DNA of 27,555 nucleotides from positions 1-27,555 of IMG/VR virus record IMGVR_UViG_3300014208_000111. The stretch is one strand, 5' to 3'. This document shows positions 1 through 8,389 of this stretch, piece by piece. Below the pieces are notes generated by a model. That model had not been told where the DNA came from. It saw nothing but the letters and a program-made list of their open reading frames with translations, and did not search any database. How positions within the stretch are numbered: the stretch's first letter is position 1; each line of letters opens with the position of its first letter. Origin of the DNA: a virus. Its lineage: Duplodnaviria; Caudoviricetes. Position numbers and translations under genes: made by a program.

Positions 1-312
1 CAGCACGATTTAAATTAAGAGACAATGTATCAGAGGAAGATGAAAATATGGGATGTCTTGAAACAGTATTTGAAGACGGATGCATGATACAGCAAACAAA
101 TCTGAAAAAAATACGAAACACACTGTCTATTGAATTAGAACAATGTGATGTAACATAGGAAGAAAAAACGGGCTTCCTGCCCCTAAAACTAGCGTTAACT
201 TCATCTCTATAATCCCGCCAAGGTTTGATGAATTAACTTTAAACATCAACATCAACATCAACAAAGAAGGACTTAATGGCTTTAAAGTTCTTCTCCACAA
301 AGGAATTATAAC

Positions 313-1065
313 ATGGCTATTGATAAATTTGAAGGTAGTATGTCTAAAGAAGAATCCGGATGTACTATTGTCATTAATCAGACAATGCAGTCAATTTCAG
401 ATCCTTATGTATTGGCAATATATGCGTATTTAATCACCAAGCCGTCTAATTGGCGTATCAATATTACCGAAATAAGAAATCATTTCGGGTTCTGTAAAGA
501 TAAAACATATAGCGTAATTAATAAACTAATAGATATTGGATTACTCGAAAACGAGAAAACGCGTGAAAATGGCAAATTCTCGCGAACTAATTACAAACTT
601 TTATTAAAACCCCTCGCCAGCACTGAACTTCCACCGTGTCCTGTTTTACGGGATACGGTATTACGGGATACGGTGAAACAGGACGCATATAAAACAAAGA
701 AAGATCTTATACAAAACAAAGATAATAATAATATTAGTGATAATCCTTCTTTTGTTAAAACCGAAGAAGTAGTTAATGCGTATCATGAGACACTTCCAGA
801 ATCGCCCAAGATCCGGGTAATCGGTAATCAGATAAGCAATCAAATCAAGCGTATGCAGCAAGATTGGCCTAAGTACGCCAATGGGAAGCAATTCACTTTG
901 GAATCATTCATCAAGTTCTTAACCATTATCCTGACTCGTTATCCTTGGTTTCTGAATAAATACACGACAGATGGCGGAAACATTAGACAAAACAACTTAA
1001 CCAACATCACCAGAGAACAAAACATTGTAAAAATAATTAATGGGGAATTTAGCCAGAATGAATAA
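313..1065 (+). CDS. Phage replication initiator protein (N-terminal winged-HTH)
   Basis: N-terminal HTH-like segment (LAIYAYLITKPSNWRI...INKLIDIGLL), internal direct repeats, and position directly upstream of and overlapping a DnaB-like helicase, as in lambdoid O/P-type modules. Confidence 0.75.
   Translation: MAIDKFEGSMSKEESGCTIVINQTMQSISDPYVLAIYAYLITKPSNWRINITEIRNHFGFCKDKTYSVINKLIDIGLLENEKTRENGKFSRTNYKLLLKPLASTELPPCPVLRDTVLRDTVKQDAYKTKKDLIQNKDNNNISDNPSFVKTEEVVNAYHETLPESPKIRVIGNQISNQIKRMQQDWPKYANGKQFTLESFIKFLTIILTRYPWFLNKYTTDGGNIRQNNLTNITREQNIVKIINGEFSQNE
633..684. repeat. Iteron-like repeats (putative phage ori) inside the initiator gene
   Basis: TTACGGGATACGGT at 646-659 and 661-674, flanked by related inverted/partial copies ACCGTGTCCTGTTT (633-646) and AAACAGGAC (676-684); A-rich tract follows. 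Confidence 0.6.
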
Positions 1066-2410
1066 TAATCGAGAATTGTATAACCAGAAATTATCTGCAT
1101 TGAGTTGGATGGATGTTACGGAATTCACTTCAATTGCTTGTGAAGAAACGTTCCTTGCTCGCTTAATGATGCTGCATAATGCAAAAATGGCTGATATTCA
1201 AGAATCGATGCTTCTTGTTGATGAACAATGTTTCACTAACAGCACCAGGCGAAAAATATTTACTACGATTAAACATCTTTTCAATGCTAATGAGTCATTC
1301 GATACAATAGCAGTCGTTGGAATGCTTCATCCAACCTTAGAGGCTTATGTTTTCCAGATTATCAATGACATTGTGCCGAGTAGTAATATTATTTCTTATG
1401 CCAAACAGCTGCTTGATTACCGGATATTACGCGATCAAATTGAAATACTGCTCAGAACAATACAACATGCAAATAACCATACAACCCCAGCCGAAGCAAT
1501 AAATGAAATTAGAGAAAACTTAATCTCCATTAACAATACGCATCATTCAAACCAAACAAGTATTTTACAAAGCTATGAAGAAATAATTGACCAGTATTTA
1601 AATCAAAGCGATGAAACGATTTTAGAAATTCAAACCGATATTCCTAATTTACCTCCTGTTCCTAACCATGCGTTAATTACTATTGCTGGACGTTCTGGAG
1701 TAGGAAAAACATTTTTCGGCATGTATCTCATGGACAAGTTAATCGATAAACTTCACGGCAAACAAAGCTTATATTTTAATCTTGAGATGGATTCGCTGGT
1801 AATGATCGAACGTCATGCGAATCTTTTAGGCCAATTAGCTCCTACTCAGCGCGAAGTTATTAGAAATTCAGCGCATTTATTATTGCCTAAAAATGTTTCT
1901 CTTATTACTCAACCCATGATCACGATTGAACAAATTGAAACTATTTCGCGACTAGCAGCCCTCAAACAACCCATTGCTGTCATTGTTGTCGATTACATCG
2001 GCCTTATTCAAAGTAAATCGCGATTTGAATCAAAACACTTGGAACAATCCGCTATTGCTAAACGTTTGGCAGCATTAGGATTAGAGTTAAAATGCGTAGT
2101 AATTGCTCTAATTCAGGTAAACCGAGATTATAAAAATAAGCCTATAGGCGATCGCTGTCCAAATACGCATGATGCATCGGAATCAATGGGTACAGTTCAC
2201 AGTTCATCGTGGTGGATCGGAATTGATAGACCTGAAATTGATACTGATGATTCTCAATATCAACATCTATTCATGATTCAAAATCGCAAGAACCGAGGTA
2301 AATCGGGATTTTTCTCTATCAACTTAGATTTTAAAAACGGTCAATTCTTCAAGCGACAACGACCATTTTGTGCTAAATATAAATCTAAACCGCAAGAAAT
2401 AGAATTATAA
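1040..2410 (+). CDS. dnaB: DnaB-like replicative helicase (start may be 1058)
   Basis: Walker A GRSGVGKT, FNLEM, IVVDYIGLI, ALIQVNR and KNRG motifs of DnaB/SF4 helicases; N-terminal DnaB-like helical domain. Confidence 0.9.
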   Translation: MGNLARMNNNRELYNQKLSALSWMDVTEFTSIACEETFLARLMMLHNAKMADIQESMLLVDEQCFTNSTRRKIFTTIKHLFNANESFDTIAVVGMLHPTLEAYVFQIINDIVPSSNIISYAKQLLDYRILRDQIEILLRTIQHANNHTTPAEAINEIRENLISINNTHHSNQTSILQSYEEIIDQYLNQSDETILEIQTDIPNLPPVPNHALITIAGRSGVGKTFFGMYLMDKLIDKLHGKQSLYFNLEMDSLVMIERHANLLGQLAPTQREVIRNSAHLLLPKNVSLITQPMITIEQIETISRLAALKQPIAVIVVDYIGLIQSKSRFESKHLEQSAIAKRLAALGLELKCVVIALIQVNRDYKNKPIGDRCPNTHDASESMGTVHSSSWWIGIDRPEIDTDDSQYQHLFMIQNRKNRGKSGFFSINLDFKNGQFFKRQRPFCAKYKSKPQEIEL

Positions 2411-2531
2411 CCTCTTTCTATAGGGCGAATTTATCTCCAGTTAAATTATCTATTGCAAAATGATGTTAGGTAGCGGGTATGAATAAAAAGCCCTATAACG
2501 CAAATTTAGAGGTTTTAGGGCTATAAGGGAA

Positions 2532-2807
2532 TTAGTTGTTTTCAATCAGTTGGTCAAAGAAGTCGTTCATTTGCGCTTGTATGTTTGCAATGACGGTTTT
2601 AGCGTTGTTTCCTGATTCACTTTTTGAATCATCAATTACTTGCTGGCTTATCATCAATAAATTGCTAACCATGCTGATAATCATCGAGCCAATTGCCCAG
2701 TTAATTGCTGCATTGTGTGCTCCAACATCCATCAACGTGGATTTCATGTTCTTTAGAGTCTCAAGAGAATAATCAAACGCCCCTATAATTGTACGTTTTT
2801 GATTCAT
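2532..2807 (-). CDS. Hypothetical protein
   Basis: Last gene of the leftward operon; 4-bp overlap with the upstream ORF. Confidence 0.6.
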   Translation of the reverse strand: MNQKRTIIGAFDYSLETLKNMKSTLMDVGAHNAAINWAIGSMIISMVSNLLMISQQVIDDSKSESGNNAKTVIANIQAQMNDFFDQLIENN

Positions 2808-3064
2808 TCCATTTCCTCCATTCTATCAAGCGATTCATTAAGCATTATTATGCCGTCAGTCATTGCTGAAATAATGCATTGAACGCTAGTTTTTTTATCA
2901 AGTTGCTCGGCCTTAGAAAACTTTTGCGCACTATCAATCAATAATTTTCCGATAACCAGCGTTAATATTGCACCTGAACCGTTGTTGCTAATTCCGATTG
3001 TGTTAATGTAGGAGCGCATTACGGCCAGGGCTGCTTCGACTGTTAAATTAATTGCCATGTTCAT
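2804..3064 (-). CDS. Hypothetical protein
   Basis: Overlap-coupled ORF in the leftward operon; AAGGA upstream of the second Met. Confidence 0.6.
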   Translation of the reverse strand: MNMAINLTVEAALAVMRSYINTIGISNNGSGAILTLVIGKLLIDSAQKFSKAEQLDKKTSVQCIISAMTDGIIMLNESLDRMEEME

Positions 3065-3311
3065 CCTTATTGTTAAATTTATTTATCCAATTATCTACTT
3101 TTCTATAACTTCCTTTTGCTTCTGGCGGAACTTTAGCACGAACATAACATAATAAATCGTACATATGGTCACGACTCCACATGTCAGCATAGGCATAAGT
3201 CATCATCAAATCATTTGCAAATAATGCGCGGCAAAAAGAACCGGGCGATAATCCCCGGTTAATGTAATTGTCGATGGTGTCCTTTGTCCAATCTGGCAGC
3301 GTAGCAGTCAT
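3048..3311 (-). CDS. Small phage hypothetical protein
   Basis: ATGA overlap with the upstream gene; globular-looking sequence (YINRGLSPGSFCRALFANDL). Confidence 0.7.
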   Translation of the reverse strand: MTATLPDWTKDTIDNYINRGLSPGSFCRALFANDLMMTYAYADMWSRDHMYDLLCYVRAKVPPEAKGSYRKVDNWINKFNNKDEHGN

Positions 3312-3646
3312 TGAATATTATTCCCATATAATCGATATTGTGCATCCCATTCGCCGCCAATTTCTAATAAATCACCGCAGTCGCAACGGTAAACCTCATC
3401 TCGAAATGAATTATTATCTAATTCGCTCCAATCTTCATCTAAGCCCCACCACTCCTTGCAATTGGCGCACTGGATAGCATCAATTTCGTATGCTTCCCCT
3501 TTTTTAAAATAATCTTTTATAGACATAATTTCACGAATAATTTCTTTTTTTCCACGACATGATGAACAATTATATTCAGGGTAATTTATTATTTTTCCAC
3601 TTCCTTTACATGCTTTACATGGCTTAGTGTGAAATTCTCTGTCCAT
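3308..3646 (-). CDS. Zinc-finger protein (DnaJ-type CxxCxGxG repeats)
   Basis: CKACKGSG, CSSCRG, CANC and CDCG motifs. Confidence 0.7.
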   Translation of the reverse strand: MDREFHTKPCKACKGSGKIINYPEYNCSSCRGKKEIIREIMSIKDYFKKGEAYEIDAIQCANCKEWWGLDEDWSELDNNSFRDEVYRCDCGDLLEIGGEWDAQYRLYGNNIQ

Positions 3647-3648
3647 GC

Positions 3649-4203
3649 TTAATTATTCCTTATCAACTTATAAACTGTTGGTCGTGATAGCTCTAATTCT
3701 TGACTGATATGAATTACTGATAAGCCCTGAGAACGCAGATATACTGCACGTTCTGCCTTGGATTCATCGGTGAATCTTCGGCCTAATTTTACCCCGGCTT
3801 TAATTGCTGCGTCCATTCCTTCACGTTGTCTTTGTTTTATCAATGTACGTTCAAATTCAGCGAATGCGCCCATTACTTGCAGCAAGAGTTTATCCATTGC
3901 GTTATTAGTTGCTGAGAAGATTAAGTTTTCTTTATGAAATTTAACTGTAGCCCCTTTATCGGTTAATTGTTGAACAATTTCCTGCAAGTCACGCAAATTC
4001 CGCGCTAAACGGTCAATACTGTGAACGTGAAGCGTGTCACCCTTGCGAATGTGTTTGATGCATTCTTCGAGTTGAGGCCGATTTCTCGTGCCTCCTGATA
4101 ATTTTTCTTCGTACTTGATATCAAGCTCTATACCATCGAGTTGTCTATCAGTATTTTGACCGGAACTTGATACCCGGATATAACCTATATTTGCGCCTAT
4201 CAT
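3649..4203 (-). CDS. Small serine recombinase (resolvase/invertase family)
   Basis: IGYIRVSSSGQNTDRQL catalytic motif, SIDRLARN, FAEFERTLIKQRQREG, GRR and a C-terminal HTH; 184 aa. Confidence 0.95.
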   Translation of the reverse strand: MIGANIGYIRVSSSGQNTDRQLDGIELDIKYEEKLSGGTRNRPQLEECIKHIRKGDTLHVHSIDRLARNLRDLQEIVQQLTDKGATVKFHKENLIFSATNNAMDKLLLQVMGAFAEFERTLIKQRQREGMDAAIKAGVKLGRRFTDESKAERAVYLRSQGLSVIHISQELELSRPTVYKLIRNN

Positions 4204-4448
4204 TGTTTATCCTCAACAAAAGTTAGTGATTCGTTATAAAATTTAGTGTCTTTGTGATCATATCGTTGGTCTGTAACATGTTTAACTAAAAACCCGTGTC
4301 TATATCGCGCCTCTTCTGTCCATGTAACCGAAAGAATGCTATTGTCAGTGTCCCATTCTTCTTGATAAGAAATTGTTTTCCACTCTAAATGTTTCATAAA
4401 ATTAACTCCCATAAATTGATATAACCGCCAGAACCGCGCAGTAAGCAC
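4200..4448 (-). CDS. Hypothetical protein (true start probably the internal MKHLEW)
   Basis: Stop overlaps the resolvase start; GGGAG lies upstream of the internal Met. Confidence 0.55.
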   Translation of the reverse strand: MLTARFWRLYQFMGVNFMKHLEWKTISYQEEWDTDNSILSVTWTEEARYRHGFLVKHVTDQRYDHKDTKFYNESLTFVEDKQ

Positions 4449-4487
4449 ATATAACCAGCATGAACATTATTAAGTCGAATCGTTCCA

Positions 4488-4694
4488 TTATGCTGCCTTA
4501 TCTTTTACTAATAATTCATAGGCCATAATGATATTATCAAGGAATTCGTTGCACTCGCTTACCGTCCATCCATAGGCTTGCTGATAGCGATAAATTGATG
4601 CTTCTCTATTTTCTTGGGCTAATTCAGCCGTTATTTTTATCCATGTATCCGGCTCTTTGAATAGCATGTGTTGAATTGCTGTATCTACGTTCAT
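4488..4694 (-). CDS. Hypothetical protein
   Basis: ORF-track gene with start reassigned to ATG 4694, which follows the CTGTGAGAA leader motif. Confidence 0.65.
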   Translation of the reverse strand: MNVDTAIQHMLFKEPDTWIKITAELAQENREASIYRYQQAYGWTVSECNEFLDNIIMAYELLVKDKAA

Positions 4695-4727
4695 TTTTAG
4701 TGTTCTCACAGTTTGTTAATTAAATTG

Positions 4728-4877
4728 TTATGCGTTGAAATATTTAATAATCATCGGGAATAGAAAGCAGGTCACTACGATTGTTATCAATGCGTTCAAG
4801 CGATTAATAGTTTTCTCGTTAATGCGCTCTAACATTCTGATTCGTACTTCGTGGTCGATATAATCTTCTTTAGTCAT
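4728..4877 (-). CDS. Small coiled-coil/C-terminal TM protein, HEVxxR paralog 3 (49 aa; not in ORF track)
   Basis: Manual translation MTKEDYIDHEVRIRMLERINEKTINRLNALITIVVTCFLFPMIIKYFNA; leader motif upstream. Confidence 0.75.
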   Translation of the reverse strand: MTKEDYIDHEVRIRMLERINEKTINRLNALITIVVTCFLFPMIIKYFNA

Positions 4878-4894
4878 TTTATTCTCACAGGTCG

Positions 4895-5092
4895 TTAAAA
4901 AAACTTAGTTATAATTAGACCGCCAAATAATGCGATCATCGTTCCAACTGTCCATTTGAATTGATCGTGTAATTCTTTGGACAATTCTTTAAATGAGCTT
5001 TTCAATTCATTAAAATTCCTCTCTTGTATCTTGAATTGCTCGCTATGAAGTCTTAATTTAACTTCGTGTTCGATGTACTCGTCTTTAGTCAT
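4895..5092 (-). CDS. Small coiled-coil/C-terminal TM protein, HEVxxR paralog 2
   Basis: MTKDEYIEHEVKLRLHSEQF...WTVGTMIALFGGLIITKFF. Confidence 0.75.
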   Translation of the reverse strand: MTKDEYIEHEVKLRLHSEQFKIQERNFNELKSSFKELSKELHDQFKWTVGTMIALFGGLIITKFF

Positions 5093-5102
5093 GATTAACC
5101 CC

Positions 5103-5291
5103 TTAAGTTAATTTATAGCTATGTAATAAAATAGGCAGTATGAGACTGGTTACTCCAATCCCTAAGATACTGAATAAAAGCCGCTTTATGCCGCGAATGT
5201 CATTGTCAACACGATTAAAATGCTCAGAATGAAGACGCAATTTAACCTCATGCTCGATAAAGTGCTCTTGTGTTTTTGTAAATTCTGTCAT
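5103..5291 (-). CDS. Small coiled-coil/C-terminal TM protein, HEVxxR paralog 1
   Basis: HFIEHEVKLRLHSEHF...LLFSILGIGVTSLILPILL. Confidence 0.75.
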   Translation of the reverse strand: MTEFTKTQEHFIEHEVKLRLHSEHFNRVDNDIRGIKRLLFSILGIGVTSLILPILLHSYKLT

Positions 5292-5303
5292 TTTGGTTTC
5301 CCC

Positions 5304-5633
5304 TTATTTATAAAGCATTTCGTGTAATGTTTTAGCGCAAGAAGTCCAGTAACTGTCTACCTGTTCGCTTTCTTCTTCGTCGGTTACAATGCGACCCGAT
5401 TCATGCTCCAACCATTCAATGATGTCAAAATCCATGTAGGGAATTTGAACGGTACTGCATAAGCCTCTTAACCAGTATTCTAATAATTTATCGATGGATT
5501 TTCTGCTCATATTTTTATTGGGTAAAGCCATTTCATCCTCGAATATAGTTTTTACCATTACAAGACGTTCAATCGTTGTGCCTGTAATTTCTTCATTGAT
5601 GCTATCGAGTATTAATTGTTTATAGTTAGTCAT
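5304..5633 (-). CDS. Hypothetical protein
   Basis: TAATG-coupled to the upstream ORF. Confidence 0.65.
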   Translation of the reverse strand: MTNYKQLILDSINEEITGTTIERLVMVKTIFEDEMALPNKNMSRKSIDKLLEYWLRGLCSTVQIPYMDFDIIEWLEHESGRIVTDEEESEQVDSYWTSCAKTLHEMLYK

Positions 5634-5836
5634 TATTCAATCCCACATTTAGTACAGCGCCATACTTCGCGTTCAGTGTATGTATTTTCAAAATCATGAT
5701 CACAATAGTTATCAATCATTGATTCAAGCTTTGCTATTAGTTTTGGATCGCCACACTCTCCGCAGCATTGCTCAGTCTTTAAAGCCCAGTCTAATAATTG
5801 ACTAAGCTCGTCTAATGTAAAATTGTTCTCGCTCAT
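5633..5836 (-). CDS. Small Cys-rich protein, 'FTxxEL...IDNYCxH' family
   Basis: Shares motifs with 9930..10163 and 11451..11615. Confidence 0.7.
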   Translation of the reverse strand: MSENNFTLDELSQLLDWALKTEQCCGECGDPKLIAKLESMIDNYCDHDFENTYTEREVWRCTKCGIE

Positions 5837-6093
5837 TTCAATACCTCAATAAAATACTCGATAGCGTCACCGTGACCCCGAAAGTTATAATCCCACTTGA
5901 TTAGCCTGTAGTTTTCATCACCCCTAGTATCACCGCAAGTGCACCCACTAATTCCACATAAATCCGAGATTATTCGTTTAAATGTTGTTACTGATATTTT
6001 GTATGCTTTTCGATTAAAAAACTGTTCAGGTTCATTTATTAGATGAACCACACTCGAAGAGTTATGGAAATTATTTGTTAATGTTATTTTCAT
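5833..6093 (-). CDS. Hypothetical protein
   Basis: ATGA overlaps on both sides; LCGISGCTCG motif. Confidence 0.65.
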   Translation of the reverse strand: MKITLTNNFHNSSSVVHLINEPEQFFNRKAYKISVTTFKRIISDLCGISGCTCGDTRGDENYRLIKWDYNFRGHGDAIEYFIEVLK

Positions 6094-6248
6094 GCTAAAA
6101 CCTCTGTAATTTCATACTCGCCACGATTTTCATCATAATCCAACCCTTGATCGTCTAAGTTCCAACATAGAAACTCTTCTGCATCATCGAATGAATCAAA
6201 TTCATGAGGGAAAACCGTATTGTCTGCCCAGCCTTTAATAAGCCACAT
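6090..6248 (-). CDS. Small acidic hypothetical protein
   Basis: Start reassigned to ATG 6248, which follows TAAGGGGTTAATC. Confidence 0.6.
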   Translation of the reverse strand: MWLIKGWADNTVFPHEFDSFDDAEEFLCWNLDDQGLDYDENRGEYEITEVLA

Positions 6249-6258
6249 GATTAACCCC

Positions 6259-6693
6259 TTATTGATTATCAAATACATGATACAATTGACCATTAACCGT
6301 TAACTCTTCCTCACCGCCATCATAGCGGTTAAAGTGGTGTCCATAACCGTCATGGCTCACTAATTGTTCCGCCAGTTCTTTAATGTGGTCGCTTGTCATC
6401 TTCTCGCCTAACTCTTCACATTTATCCGATTGCTGCGCTAGTTCAATCAGGAATTCCGGCCAGCCTGTAGCTTCCGCAATACACCATGAGTTAAAGCAAC
6501 CAAGGATATATTTATCGCCTGATAGTTCATCGACAACTATTTCATCAATAGAATCGGTGTGAATGAATCGAACGCCATCGACTTCAAAGTCTGGATTGTC
6601 GTTGTTAATTTCAAGAGTAACTTCACGCCAGTATGGGCTAGACATTAAATCGTCGCAGAAGGATTTTATTTGTTTTACGGTTGTATAGTTCAT
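6259..6693 (-). CDS. Acidic hypothetical protein
   Basis: 144 aa; leader motif upstream; DGYGHHFNRYDG motif. Confidence 0.7.
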   Translation of the reverse strand: MNYTTVKQIKSFCDDLMSSPYWREVTLEINNDNPDFEVDGVRFIHTDSIDEIVVDELSGDKYILGCFNSWCIAEATGWPEFLIELAQQSDKCEELGEKMTSDHIKELAEQLVSHDGYGHHFNRYDGGEEELTVNGQLYHVFDNQ

Positions 6694-6745
6694 TGCGTTC
6701 TCACAGGTTAGTTAAATTTGATATGTTCTTACTTAGTTAATATTA

Positions 6746-6904
6746 TTATTCTTCTGCGTATAATTGCTTTAAAGCATGGTCAACAATGCGCTCTAAAGTT
6801 TCTCTGGCTTGCCTTGTATTGCCACTCAATAGCTTAGCTATATTGGCCAGTGTATTACCTTCACACTCGATTAAATTCTCATAAGCTGTCTTAGTTGTTC
6901 TCAT
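6746..6904 (-). CDS. Hypothetical protein (52 aa; not in ORF track)
   Basis: Manual translation MRTTKTAYENLIECEGNTLANIAKLLSGNTRQARETLERIVDHALKQLYAEE; leader motif directly upstream. Confidence 0.6.
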   Translation of the reverse strand: MRTTKTAYENLIECEGNTLANIAKLLSGNTRQARETLERIVDHALKQLYAEE

Positions 6905-6929
6905 GTTGTTCTCACAGGGTTAGTTAATA

Positions 6930-7100
6930 TTAATTTTCGATAAAATTAAGCACGCAATTAAACGCAGCAACGATGCCTTGGTACTTCTCATTATCAGGTT
7001 CATTAGCTAATTCAGCTTGCCAGTACTCAAGGCTACTGCCCACGTATCGATGCACTTCTTGGCTAATATCGCCTCTCCCTTCCCAGTCTATTGATTGCAT
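6930..7100 (-). CDS. Hypothetical protein, first gene of the leftward operon
   Basis: Start reassigned to ATG 7100 after the leader motif; the ORF-track ATG at 7133 overlaps the -10 box. Confidence 0.6.
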   Translation of the reverse strand: MQSIDWEGRGDISQEVHRYVGSSLEYWQAELANEPDNEKYQGIVAAFNCVLNFIEN

Positions 7101-7131
7101 GGTGTTCTCACAGTTGTTGTTAATGGTTGTC

Positions 7132-7159
7132 ATTGTACCCTATCTTGTTAGTATGTCAA
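7132..7159 (-). promoter_or_regulatory. Sigma70-type leftward (early) promoter
   Basis: TTGACA (7159-7154), 16-nt spacer, TACAAT (7137-7132). Confidence 0.65.
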
Positions 7160-7166
7160 TAGGTTA

Positions 7167-7186
7167 ATTTACATATTATTGTAAAT
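7167..7186. promoter_or_regulatory. Palindromic operator-like site in the divergent intergenic region
   Basis: ATTTACA-TATTAT-TGTAAAT. Confidence 0.4.
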
Positions 7187-7237
7187 ATAGCAGTGATTGC
7201 GGTACATTATTGATATTAATAATAAGGAGGTTAGTTA

Positions 7238-7513
7238 ATGAGCGAGTTAATGATTAGATGTCCAGCATGTCGCGGTGCAAAGCGTGTGCCTAAACTTGGG
7301 GGAATGCTAGGTGACTGTAACGGCTGCGAAGGTAAGGGAGAGATTAAAGAGATTGATAGACCTAAGCCCGTTATAGTCGAACCTATCGAACCTATTAATG
7401 AGGTCATTGCAGCCGTAGCCGATGCGATACCAACTACAGACGTTATTGAAGATAAGCCAGTTAAGATATCGGCAGCAAATGGACGTACAATATATAAACG
7501 CAAAGCGAAGTAG
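7238..7513 (+). CDS. Small zinc-finger protein
   Basis: Strong RBS AAGGAGG; CPACRG and CNGCEGKG motifs. Confidence 0.75.
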   Translation: MSELMIRCPACRGAKRVPKLGGMLGDCNGCEGKGEIKEIDRPKPVIVEPIEPINEVIAAVADAIPTTDVIEDKPVKISAANGRTIYKRKAK

Positions 7514-7569
7514 TACATTGTGTTAATGTTGTGCTATATCTATATAAAGGAATAAATCGCGAGAATTTT

Positions 7570-7947
7570 ATGGACGGCGAGAGACAGACATTTAATGAGC
7601 ATAGACCAACTAAAGAATTGAGGCAAAGGATATCCGATCTAGCTATTGCTGGAACTCCTAAGTATCTCATTGCTAAAGTGGTTAAGCTCGATGATGATAC
7701 GCTTAATAAGTATTATGCGTATGAGCTAGAATGCGCAAAGACTGAAGCCATTGAACGTATTGCTAAGACTGTATATGTACAAGCGGTTGAGGGCGATAGC
7801 AAAGCTCAGGCGTTATATCTTAAGACTCAAGGCGCAAGCCATGGCTGGGTAGAGAAACAAGTAGTCGAGAACATAGACAGCGCAGAGACTAAAGAACTAC
7901 AATCAAGAGTACAAGCATTAGAGCAAGAACATCAACGAGACTATTAA
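7570..7947 (+). CDS. terS: Probable terminase small subunit
   Basis: HTH (GTPKYLIAKVVKLDDDTLNKYY), then AVEGDSKAQALYLKTQ...GW and a C-terminal coiled coil typical of TerS-like proteins; start reassigned to ATG 7570. Confidence 0.65.
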   Translation: MDGERQTFNEHRPTKELRQRISDLAIAGTPKYLIAKVVKLDDDTLNKYYAYELECAKTEAIERIAKTVYVQAVEGDSKAQALYLKTQGASHGWVEKQVVENIDSAETKELQSRVQALEQEHQRDY

Positions 7948-8389
7948 TAGCCTGACTCTTATGTAAATTAAAGTATACTTTAGTTAACAAGATAGACGCC
8001 ACGAACTATCAATGACTTAGGATGTCAATCAAACTTAAATGATAATTAAATTACAATAGTTAATTAAAGTACTTACACATCACACTCATTGCATGGATGC
8101 ACTAGCCCTATACTGAGCGCAACGGCCTGCCATGTGGGCGCGTGGTGTGCCTCACCCTGTCATGGTTTCAGAGGGGGGTATGCCTCGCCACAGCAGGCGC
8201 ATTGCTAGAGCTGGAGCCTCCCCACCATACTAACCAGGCATATTCCATAACTCATGCTTATATTTTGCCCAATTATTAATTTTGATGCTGCTATATCCCC
8301 CCAGAAATTTTCAAATTATAGTCTGCATAAAAATTCCCTAATATTTTTAAATTACCTCATTTGTTGATACATTATTTTTTTCGAACACA

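Noticed and set aside
1-158. Possible 3' end of an upstream CDS
   Set aside because: Short, truncated by the window edge, no recognisable motif
242-263. (AACATC)n short tandem repeat
   Set aside because: Only about 3.5 units in an intergenic leader; no supportable function
4694-7124. CRISPR array or integron attC array
   Set aside because: Repeats are short, irregularly spaced, separated by whole genes and not palindromic like attC; no cas gene or tyrosine integrase present
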